A stretch of DNA of 18,343 nt from Gemmatimonadota bacterium. Its GTDB lineage: Bacteria; Gemmatimonadota; Gemmatimonadetes; Gemmatimonadales; GWC2-71-9. The position numbers and the translations under genes were made by a program. The DNA lies in contig JAZDCY010000001.1 in assembly GCA_036679645.1 (NCBI GenBank), forward strand, positions 1-18,343. The letters are read 5' to 3'. Below the pieces are notes generated by a model that was not told the origin of the DNA, did no database searches, and saw only the letters and a list, made by a program, of their open reading frames with translations. This document shows positions 7,422-15,259 of this stretch, piece after piece (position 1 is the stretch's first letter; every line of letters starts with the position of its first letter).

Positions 7422-7437
7422 CGGCATGTGTCTTGCT
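7422..7437 (+). promoter_or_regulatory. Putative sigma54 promoter for the PAS gene
   Basis: CGGCATGTGTCTTGCT: GG (7423-7424), 10 nt, GC (7435-7436) with GGCAYG and TTGCW, about 75 nt upstream of the start codon. Confidence 0.7.
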
Positions 7438-7512
7438 TTCTCACAGCCTTTGGGCTGATTTGCCTGGCGTTTCGGGACCGACGATTCAGAATTGCGATGA
7501 CGGAGGAGTTGC

Positions 7513-9327
7513 GTGTCTGAGAGTCCGCTGGCCGAACAGGAACCGCGTCGTCAGCGCGTGAGCCGCCCGACGCCGGCACACCTGTTCCAGCAGCGTCAGG
7601 CGGCTGAGCCGCCCGGGTCTAGCGAAGTGGCCGCACCCGCACCTCGGGCGACCCGCGTGATCCCCGCACTTGCCGGCATCGACGTTCCCGCTTCGGGCAC
7701 CCCAACCACGGAACCCGTCCCCGACTACCCCCCCGATCTCGTCTTCATCGTTCGCGATGACGGCAAGGTTCTCTTTGTGAATCGGGCGCTGGGACAACGC
7801 GCCGAAGATGATGTCATCGGATCTGAAATTTACGACTGGGTATTCCCCGAGCAGCACCAGGTGGTCCGCGAGTGCCTGGGGCGCGTGTTCTCCTCTGGGC
7901 GCGGCGACAGGCATGAGTTGAATGGGCTGCAGCAGCACGATCCGGACGCGTGGTACGAATGCCGCGTGTCCGCCAACCTGCGTGACGGAAAGGTAGTCTC
8001 CGCAACGATCATCGCGCGGGACGTGACCCGCTTCAAACAAGCGGAGATCGCACTCCGGGCCGCGTTCGCAGAGAAGGAACAGCTGCTCGAGGAGCGCACC
8101 GCAGATCTCGATACGGCGAAGCGGGACATGGCGCGCCGCCCCAGCGACGGTGACACGGCCCGCCGCGAGTTGGAGCGCTTCCGCGCGGTTGTGGACGAGG
8201 CCGGGGAGGCCATGTTCGTCACCGACAGCGCGACACGACGGGTAGTCGACGTAAACGAGACCGCCTGCCGGTGGCTGCGGCAGGAGCGGGCGGAAGTGAT
8301 CGGGCGAGCGGCGGACGAATTGGGAATCGAGTTCCAGGTCGTGCCACCCGAATCCGCCGATCTGGTCTTCACCGAAACGCGCGATGCGCGGCGGCCATTC
8401 GTGCTCGACGGCGGTGTGCATCGGCGAACCGACGGCAGCACGTTCCCAGTCGAGGTCGCGGTCACGTGGCACCACGTGGGAGAGCAGGAATACGTGCTCG
8501 CCGTGGTCCGCGACGTAAAGGGCCGGCGCGAAATGGAAGAGGCGCTGCGCGAGACCGAGGCCCAGTACCAGGCACTGTTCGATCAATCGTGGGACGCTGT
8601 CTACCTCACCACGCGCGCCGGAGAGATCGTCAAGGCCAACCAATCTGCCATCGGTCTGTTCGGATACGCCAGCGAGGACCTCATTGGGCTCGACGCGCGC
8701 GAGTTAATGCCTCGCGCCGAGGATATCCGCGCCTTTCAGCAGGGCATGGCGGAAGATGGGCGCGTGGAAGCTCTCGAGGCACACTTCCGCAGCAAGACGG
8801 GGGGTGAGTTCGCCGGGCAGCTCTCCGCCACGAGCCGGAGGGACGCCCAGGGACGCCTGCTCGGATACCAGTGGGTAGTGCGCCACGAGGCGGCCAACGG
8901 ATCCGCCGCCGGTGACTCAGCCGAGGAAACGCCTGGCGTGGGCGACCATCGCAGCGTGCTCCTGATCGACGCGGAGCAGCGTGTACTCGACGAGACACGT
9001 TCCGTACTGGAACACGCGGGGCTACGCGTGCTCACCGCCACCGAGCCCGGTGAAGGAGCGACGCTGTTCCGCGCCCACGCCGGCGAGGTGGGCGCCACCG
9101 TCATGGCAACCGCACTCTCGGAGACGGCGTCGGGCAAGGCCGTACGCACGATCCGCGAGCTCGACCCGGAGGCGCGCATCGTGCTCGTGAGCGCCGACGA
9201 TCCCTATGCGGTCGCCGAGCGCTTTTCGGACGTGCGCATCTCGGCGTACCTGCGGCGGCCCGCACACCCATTGACGTTGGTGCAGACCGTACGAGATCTG
9301 GTCGCCGCCGCATCAAACGGCCGCTGA
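7513..9327 (+). CDS. Cytoplasmic PAS-PAS-PAS protein with degenerate C-terminal receiver domain; no kinase domain
   Basis: GGAGGAG RBS before GTG. Three PAS/PAC units ending ARDVT, VRDVK and WVVRH, joined by coiled coils. REC-like fold from SVLLIDAE to AYLRRP with Ala at the phosphoacceptor position. Confidence 0.88.
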   Translation: MSESPLAEQEPRRQRVSRPTPAHLFQQRQAAEPPGSSEVAAPAPRATRVIPALAGIDVPASGTPTTEPVPDYPPDLVFIVRDDGKVLFVNRALGQRAEDDVIGSEIYDWVFPEQHQVVRECLGRVFSSGRGDRHELNGLQQHDPDAWYECRVSANLRDGKVVSATIIARDVTRFKQAEIALRAAFAEKEQLLEERTADLDTAKRDMARRPSDGDTARRELERFRAVVDEAGEAMFVTDSATRRVVDVNETACRWLRQERAEVIGRAADELGIEFQVVPPESADLVFTETRDARRPFVLDGGVHRRTDGSTFPVEVAVTWHHVGEQEYVLAVVRDVKGRREMEEALRETEAQYQALFDQSWDAVYLTTRAGEIVKANQSAIGLFGYASEDLIGLDARELMPRAEDIRAFQQGMAEDGRVEALEAHFRSKTGGEFAGQLSATSRRDAQGRLLGYQWVVRHEAANGSAAGDSAEETPGVGDHRSVLLIDAEQRVLDETRSVLEHAGLRVLTATEPGEGATLFRAHAGEVGATVMATALSETASGKAVRTIRELDPEARIVLVSADDPYAVAERFSDVRISAYLRRPAHPLTLVQTVRDLVAAASNGR

Positions 9328-9350
9328 TGGATCTGAGCCCGAGCGTCAAG

Positions 9351-9390
9351 GCGTCTGAGCACCTGAGCGTCTGAGCGTCTGAGCGTCTTG
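9351..9390. repeat. Intergenic 8-bp tandem repeat, 5 units
   Basis: GCGTCTGA GCACCTGA GCGTCTGA GCGTCTGA GCGTCTTG. Confidence 0.9.
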
Positions 9391-9462
9391 CATAGTCGCG
9401 CTCCGACACTAGCTTCGCCTTATTGCATCCGGCAGTAGCGCTTCACTCCCCGGGGGTCCCGA

Positions 9463-10704
9463 ATGCGTACGACCATCGCCATTCTCGGTACGGCAACGGC
9501 AATTCTGATCGGCGTACAGGCGTGCGGTGACAGCGTGCCCATACCGTTCAGCGTGGACGTGTTTCCCGCCACCCCCTCCATCGAGGTGGGGGCAACGGTT
9601 TCGCTGAACGCGACCGTCAGGGACGAAGATGGTGTTGTGCTCGGGGCATCCGGTCTCGCGTGGTCGACCAACGCCGTATCCATAGCCACGGTGACCTCCA
9701 CAGGCCTGGTGACTGGTGTCGCGCCGGGGACGGCCACCATCACCGCGCAGGCGGGCCTTGCCGCGAGCGGCACCGCGACGGTCACGGTTCTCGCCGGCGT
9801 GGTGAGCGTTACCGTTTCCCCGCCCAACGGGTCGCTGTCACCCGGCCAGACGCTTCAACTCACCGCCACGCCGCGCGACGCCGCTGCGCAGCCGGTGCTC
9901 GGCGCGGCCGTGACGTGGTCGAGCAGCAACAACACGGTCGCAACGGTCAGCACCACAGGGCTCGTGACCGCGGTTGCGGATGGAGCGGCGACGATCACCG
10001 CCCAGAGCGAAGCGGTCACGGGTACCGCAGCAATCTCGGTGACCACGGTCCAGATCCGGCTCAACGTCGAGAATCAGCTCGCCAGCTCGGTGGATATCTC
10101 GACAGGCGGGACGTTCCTGGGACGGCTCGCGCCGGCCGGCGTCCAAAACTTCATGGTGGCGCAGCCCGATACGCTGCGACTCACGTGGGACCTGGTGAGG
10201 GATACGACGACCTCCGGTACGTCCATCGGTGACGTGATCATCGCGACATTCACCGTCCCGCTGACACCGACGGACACGTTGCTCTTCTTCGCGATCGACA
10301 ACGTCATCGGGAACGATACGATCTTCGCGCCGCGCATCACCAACAACTCCGGCGTGGATCTTCTCATGGCTGTCAACGTCACGCTGCCCGACTCTAACTT
10401 TTGCAACTGCGTCGTGGGCAACGGCGGGACGCAGGTGGCCATGGGCTACTACCGATGGGTCCCGAACACCAACGTGCGGGGGTACAACACCGGATCCAAC
10501 TACACCGGCGGTTTCGTGTTCTGGGACCGCCCGGGAATGAACGCGTTCCTCCAGGCCCTGGATGGAATCGTGCTTCTCGTGGCTAACTCGGCGCCGCCGG
10601 GACCGCCGTCCTTCATCCGTGGGACGTTGGAGCAGCCCGCAGTTCGGCCCACGCGTAGGAATGACGGTTTCCAGGAGAGGCTGCATCCTCCGCCAGATCG
10701 TTAG
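9463..10704 (+). CDS. Lipoprotein with two bacterial Ig-like (Big_2) domains and an unknown C-terminal domain
   Basis: Lipobox-like VQAC; two repeats of the W-S-S...VATV...GLVT.VA.G.ATITA pattern; C-terminal beta domain containing CNC. Confidence 0.88.
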   Translation: MRTTIAILGTATAILIGVQACGDSVPIPFSVDVFPATPSIEVGATVSLNATVRDEDGVVLGASGLAWSTNAVSIATVTSTGLVTGVAPGTATITAQAGLAASGTATVTVLAGVVSVTVSPPNGSLSPGQTLQLTATPRDAAAQPVLGAAVTWSSSNNTVATVSTTGLVTAVADGAATITAQSEAVTGTAAISVTTVQIRLNVENQLASSVDISTGGTFLGRLAPAGVQNFMVAQPDTLRLTWDLVRDTTTSGTSIGDVIIATFTVPLTPTDTLLFFAIDNVIGNDTIFAPRITNNSGVDLLMAVNVTLPDSNFCNCVVGNGGTQVAMGYYRWVPNTNVRGYNTGSNYTGGFVFWDRPGMNAFLQALDGIVLLVANSAPPGPPSFIRGTLEQPAVRPTRRNDGFQERLHPPPDR

Positions 10705-10733
10705 CCGCTGCAGACCTCGCGAGGAGCGCGAGT

Positions 10734-10769
10734 ACGCGCCCCGGTCGTTTGCGGCCGGGGCGCGTTCTT
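10734..10769 (+). terminator. Likely intrinsic terminator
   Basis: ACGCGCCCCGGTCG-TTTG-CGGCCGGGGCGCGT (one G-T pair) then TCTT, 30 nt after the stop codon. Confidence 0.7.
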
Positions 10770-10851
10770 GTAACATGTTGCCCGCTAGACGATTCGCTTG
10801 TGCGCCGGCCCGGGGATACACATATTCGGGCGACCTGCACACGGAGACACA

Positions 10852-11517
10852 ATGGCATTCTTCACGCGGCTGAGCACACGCGGGGCTATGACCTTCGCGT
10901 CACTTGGTCTGTTGGCCGCACCCGCGGCTGCCCAGGTGCACTTCACACCCTTTGCCGGCGCGTACTATAGCGCGTCGAGTTTGGGCGATCTCCAGGACCC
11001 GTCGCTCGCTGGTGCAGAAGTCATTCAGACGAGCGGCGTGGTCGTCGGCGGCATGATCGACTTGCCGTTGAGTCCAAGTTTCGGTATCGAGTTTGGCGGG
11101 TCGATCGGCATCAGCGACGCCCGATTCCAGATCACGCAGACTCTCAGCGGGACGCAAGTTACCGCGTTCATCGATCAGAGCGGGTGGATCGCGCATACAT
11201 CGATCACGGGACGGATCAACGCCACGCAGACGGGCAACTTCTTCCTCTTCGCGGGACCCGGATTGTCGCTCCGGGGTGGGGATGCGTGGACGGAAGATAA
11301 CGCCATCAGCCAGGGGCTTGGAAGTAGCGATCGGATTGCGTTCGGCGGCGTCGTCGGTCTGGGCGTTCTCGCGCGCGTCGCACCGGGGTTCACGCTAGAC
11401 GTGCGAGTTGAGACCTTTGTCTATACGTTCGACCCCGATGGGGATGACCCCGAGTTCGACTCGAGCGCCAATGCCGATATCCTCGTGAAGGTCGGGCTGC
11501 GGCTACCAGGAACCTGA
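10852..11517 (+). CDS. Outer-membrane beta-barrel protein (small, probably 8-stranded)
   Basis: GGAGA RBS; signal peptide ending AAA-Q; amphipathic strands FTPFAGAY, FGIEFGGS, FFLFAGPG, FGGVVGLG, LDVRVETF and ILVKVGLRL. Confidence 0.82.
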   Translation: MAFFTRLSTRGAMTFASLGLLAAPAAAQVHFTPFAGAYYSASSLGDLQDPSLAGAEVIQTSGVVVGGMIDLPLSPSFGIEFGGSIGISDARFQITQTLSGTQVTAFIDQSGWIAHTSITGRINATQTGNFFLFAGPGLSLRGGDAWTEDNAISQGLGSSDRIAFGGVVGLGVLARVAPGFTLDVRVETFVYTFDPDGDDPEFDSSANADILVKVGLRLPGT

Positions 11518-11527
11518 GCAACTCTCG

Positions 11528-11569
11528 GAGCGGCGGCGGCGGCGGACCCCACCGCCGTCGCGTCCGCTC
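11528..11569. terminator. Imperfect GC-rich hairpin between convergent genes
   Basis: GAGCGG...GCGGCGGCGG-ACCCCA-CCGCCGTCGC...CCGCTC; no clear T tract. Confidence 0.45.
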
Positions 11570-11572
11570 GTT

Positions 11573-14500
11573 CTACTGACGGACGGTAATGGCTACGGGG
11601 ACGCGGCTCGCCTGGGTGCCGCCGCTCCCCAACTGCCCGTTGTCGTTCGCGCCCCAACACAACACCTGCCCATCGGTCGTGAGGCCACAGGTATGCTTCT
11701 CGCCGGCGGCCAGGACACGGAAGCGGTGGTTCCCGCTGACCGGCGTGGGTTCCCTGCGGTTGTCGGCCTGGCCCGTCCCCAACTGCCCCTCGCGTCCGCG
11801 GCCCCAGCAGACGGCACGGCCCTGCCGATTAATCCCGCAGGCATGCTCGCCGCCCACGACGATCGAGGTAAGACCAGTTGTCCCAACCTGGGACGGACTG
11901 GTACGCTGGCGAGTGGACCCGTCGCCCAACTGCCCCGCGTTGTTCTTGCCCCAGCAGTAGGCGGTGCCGTCTGTCGCCACACCGCAGGTGAACTCAGTGC
12001 CTGCCGCGAGTTGCGTGAAGCGCTGATCGCCGGAAACTCCGGTCGGTGACGGAAGGTGCTGCAGCATGCTGCTGCCGACCTGGCCCGACCAATTGTCACC
12101 CCAACAGATCGCCTCACCGGCGCGCGTGAGACCACAGCTGTGACGGCCACCGGCGACCACCTGCCTGAAGCGTTGGTCGCTCGAGACCGCGGTGGGCTCG
12201 GTACGCCTGCTGGTCGAGCCATCACCCAACTGGCCCCGGTCGTTCTTGCCCCAACAGAAGGCCTCGCCCGCTGACGTGAGACCACACGAGTGCTCGTTCC
12301 CGAGCGACACCATCCGGAAGCGGGTAGTGGCGACGGACGATGTGGAGGCGCTGCGGTCCTGCGATCCCAACTGTCCGTCGTTGTTGCGCCCCCAGCAGGA
12401 CAGTTGGCCACCGCGCAGCGCGCAGGTGTGCCGCCCGCCGGCGACGATGGTATCGGCGGCCCCGCTCCGCGCTGCAGGACGGGGCACGCGCTCGCCGGCA
12501 CCGCCCTGAACCTGACCCTCCGCGTTGCGCCCCCAACACCAGGACGCGCCCTGGCCATCCACGACGCAGGTGTGGGACCCGCCTGCTACGAGTCCGGTGA
12601 ATGGCGCCACCGTCGGTGCGACAGGTGTTGGCTGTGCGGGCACGGCCCTGTCGCGCGGAGCCGGTGGCTTGGCCGTGTCTCGCACCGCCGGCGCGCGTGC
12701 CGTGTCGCGCGGCTCCACCCGGGGCTGCGCCCGCCGTGCGGTGTCACTGGGCGTGTTGACCGCAACCGGCGGCTTGATTACCGGAGCGGGCCGCGTCACG
12801 AGCACACGAGCCCCATCCTCGGCTCCCTGGGCGCTGGCCAGCACCCGGGTCTCACCGGCGCCCACAGCCGTGACGTTGCCCCTCGTCGTTACACGCGCGA
12901 TCGCGACATCCTGCGTGCGCCAACTCACCGTGCGCTCTAATTGCTGTCCGTCGGCGTCGAGCGCCCGCGCGGTGATCCGTTGGCTCTGGCCTACCGCGAG
13001 GTTGATCGTGCGTGGTCGGACCTCGACCGACGCTACGATGGCGCGGGCGGGTGTCGCTGCACCCTGGTCACCCGTCGCGACCGGCTCCGGCGCGAGCACG
13101 CGGATCGTCGCCGTCGAGGAGATGCCGCCGCGCGACGCGCGGATCTGCGTCACGCCCGCCGCAACACCCGACACCGTCCCATCGGCGCGCACCGTCGCCG
13201 TCGCAGGATTGGCGGATGCCCAGTCCACCGCCTCGTCGGGGAGTCGGTTTCCGTTCTGATCGAATTGCTCCGCCCGGAAACGCCGTGTCCGCCCCACTAC
13301 CACCTGCCCCGTGGACGGCGAGAGCGCGATCTCCGTGAGGCGCGCGTCGTCGGAAGCCACGTTGACGACAGCTATGGCGGAGTCACCGCCGTAACGCGCG
13401 ACGATCTCGGCGCTGCCGGCCGCAATCGCGACCACGCGGCCGCTGGCATCGACGCTCGCAACCGTCTCATCATTCGATACCCACTCGATACCGGTCCCTG
13501 AGGCCCCCGCAAGCTGGAGTTGCTGACTCTGATCGACCCGGAGCCCAAACTCGGAAGGCACCAGCGCCAACAGCGTTCCGCCAGATCCACCTTCGCCTCC
13601 ACCTCCCCCTCCCCCCCCGCCGAGGGTCATGATCACGATCACGACCACCACCGCCAGCGCAGCCACGACGCCCGCGATGAGTTTGACGGGGAGGGCACGC
13701 CCAGCCACGGTGGCCGGTTCTGCTTGCACCGCCACCGTCGCTGGTGCGGTGCCGACCGAATCGACTGCCACCGTCCCAGGAACGAGATCTTCTGAGGGGC
13801 GGTACGCACCAGCGTCACTCGTGGCGACTGCCGCCGGGGCGGTCGACCGCTCCGGCGGCTCTGATGGCGCGCTGGGTGCCTGGAATGGCGCGGTCGGAGC
13901 CTCCATCTGTTCCTGACTCGGCGTCTCATCTCTGGGGGGTGCCACCATTGGCTGAGTCGGGAGCGATGGGTCCGAGACCTGCGGCGGCGCGGCCGACTGC
14001 GGCGACGGACTCATCGGTGTCGTGAACACCTCGGTGGGCGGCACGAAGTCCGGCGTGTTCACCAGCCGTACGATGTCTTCTTTGATCGGGTCTCCTGGAG
14101 GAAGCGGGTGGCCGCCAAGGGCGCGCACCCCGTCGAGCACGTTCGGGAAGCGGTCCGCTGCATCTTTCGCGAGCATGCGCTCGAGGGCGGTGCGCACCTC
14201 GCCGGGGAAAGGGCCTTCCCGCAGGCGTTCGATTGGCGGAAGAGGATCGTCCACCTGCTTGCGCATCACCGTGAGCGGATCGCCGTGATAGGGCGGCTCG
14301 CCATTGAGCATGTGATACGCGACCATGCCGAGCGAGTACTGATCGGAGGCCGCCGACACCGGCTGCGCGAGACACTGCTCGGGACTCATGTACTGAGGCG
14401 TCCCGATCGCGGCGCCGTGCATTGTGTGGCTGCGGCCACCTTTCAACTTGGCGATCCCAAAATCGGTGAGCACCGCATTGCCGCGTGCATCGAGCATGAT

Positions 14501-15067
14501 GTTGCTCGGCTTGACGTCACGGTGGATCACCGGCTGCGCGGCCGAGTGGGCGTACGACAGCGCCAGGCCAATCTCGTAGATGATGGACTGCACGACGCCG
14601 AGTGGGAGCGGTCCGTTTTGCAGTACGTCCCCGAGTTCGCGTCCCTCGATGTACTTCATCACGAAGAAGTGGAGTCCGCCGGCCTGCTTGGCGGCATGGA
14701 CCGTTACGATGTTCTGGTGTTCGAGCTTGGCAACGGTACGCGCTTCCTGACGGAAGCGGTCCACCATGGTCGTGTCGGCCATGAGGGTCGGCGCCATGAC
14801 CTTGATGGCGACTTTCTTATCGAGCGCGATGTCGTGGGCCAGGTACACCGCCGCCATCCCCCCGTGCCCCAACTCCCCACCAATGTCGAACTCGCCGCGC
14901 GTCGCCTTGCGCAACGCGTCCAGCACCATGTCCCACCCGGCCCCACCGTCGCTCGGGGAAGGGGGAGCGTCCGCGCCAAACGCCGGATTCGTCTCGCCGC
15001 ACTGAGCGCAGAACTTGTGCTCGAGCGTGAGCGTACCGCCGCATTTTGTGCAGAACGTCTGGGACAT
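11573..15067 (-). CDS. Transmembrane Hanks-type Ser/Thr kinase: Zn ribbon, kinase, Pro-rich linker, TM, 3 Big_2 domains, 7 RCC1 repeats
   Basis: CTKC/CAQC; GHGGMAAVY, VAIK, HRDVKPSN, DFG, GTPQYMSPEQ and SDQYSLG all intact. TM LIAGVVAALAVVVVIVIMTL; three Ig-like repeats; seven CWG-x4-GQ repeats. Confidence 0.95.
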   Translation of the reverse strand: MSQTFCTKCGGTLTLEHKFCAQCGETNPAFGADAPPSPSDGGAGWDMVLDALRKATRGEFDIGGELGHGGMAAVYLAHDIALDKKVAIKVMAPTLMADTTMVDRFRQEARTVAKLEHQNIVTVHAAKQAGGLHFFVMKYIEGRELGDVLQNGPLPLGVVQSIIYEIGLALSYAHSAAQPVIHRDVKPSNIMLDARGNAVLTDFGIAKLKGGRSHTMHGAAIGTPQYMSPEQCLAQPVSAASDQYSLGMVAYHMLNGEPPYHGDPLTVMRKQVDDPLPPIERLREGPFPGEVRTALERMLAKDAADRFPNVLDGVRALGGHPLPPGDPIKEDIVRLVNTPDFVPPTEVFTTPMSPSPQSAAPPQVSDPSLPTQPMVAPPRDETPSQEQMEAPTAPFQAPSAPSEPPERSTAPAAVATSDAGAYRPSEDLVPGTVAVDSVGTAPATVAVQAEPATVAGRALPVKLIAGVVAALAVVVVIVIMTLGGGGGGGGGEGGSGGTLLALVPSEFGLRVDQSQQLQLAGASGTGIEWVSNDETVASVDASGRVVAIAAGSAEIVARYGGDSAIAVVNVASDDARLTEIALSPSTGQVVVGRTRRFRAEQFDQNGNRLPDEAVDWASANPATATVRADGTVSGVAAGVTQIRASRGGISSTATIRVLAPEPVATGDQGAATPARAIVASVEVRPRTINLAVGQSQRITARALDADGQQLERTVSWRTQDVAIARVTTRGNVTAVGAGETRVLASAQGAEDGARVLVTRPAPVIKPPVAVNTPSDTARRAQPRVEPRDTARAPAVRDTAKPPAPRDRAVPAQPTPVAPTVAPFTGLVAGGSHTCVVDGQGASWCWGRNAEGQVQGGAGERVPRPAARSGAADTIVAGGRHTCALRGGQLSCWGRNNDGQLGSQDRSASTSSVATTRFRMVSLGNEHSCGLTSAGEAFCWGKNDRGQLGDGSTSRRTEPTAVSSDQRFRQVVAGGRHSCGLTRAGEAICWGDNWSGQVGSSMLQHLPSPTGVSGDQRFTQLAAGTEFTCGVATDGTAYCWGKNNAGQLGDGSTRQRTSPSQVGTTGLTSIVVGGEHACGINRQGRAVCWGRGREGQLGTGQADNRREPTPVSGNHRFRVLAAGEKHTCGLTTDGQVLCWGANDNGQLGSGGTQASRVPVAITVRQ

Positions 15068-15259
15068 GGACCGCCGACCTCCTGACTCTGGTCCAAGATA
15101 CAGTTACCCCACCGAGAATACGAGCGATCCCCGGCGTCTATGAGACCGGCAATCAGCGTGCCGCCGTTGCTCGTTTTCGCGAGGCCCGCCGCGCCTAGCG
15201 TGTCGTGGGTCACCACGTAGATTCTCCTCGACAACACCCCCGTGTCCCGGAGTCGGCAA

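Noticed and set aside
9351..9390. Repeat considered as a CRISPR array
   Set aside because: 8-bp units without spacers; no cas genes in the window.
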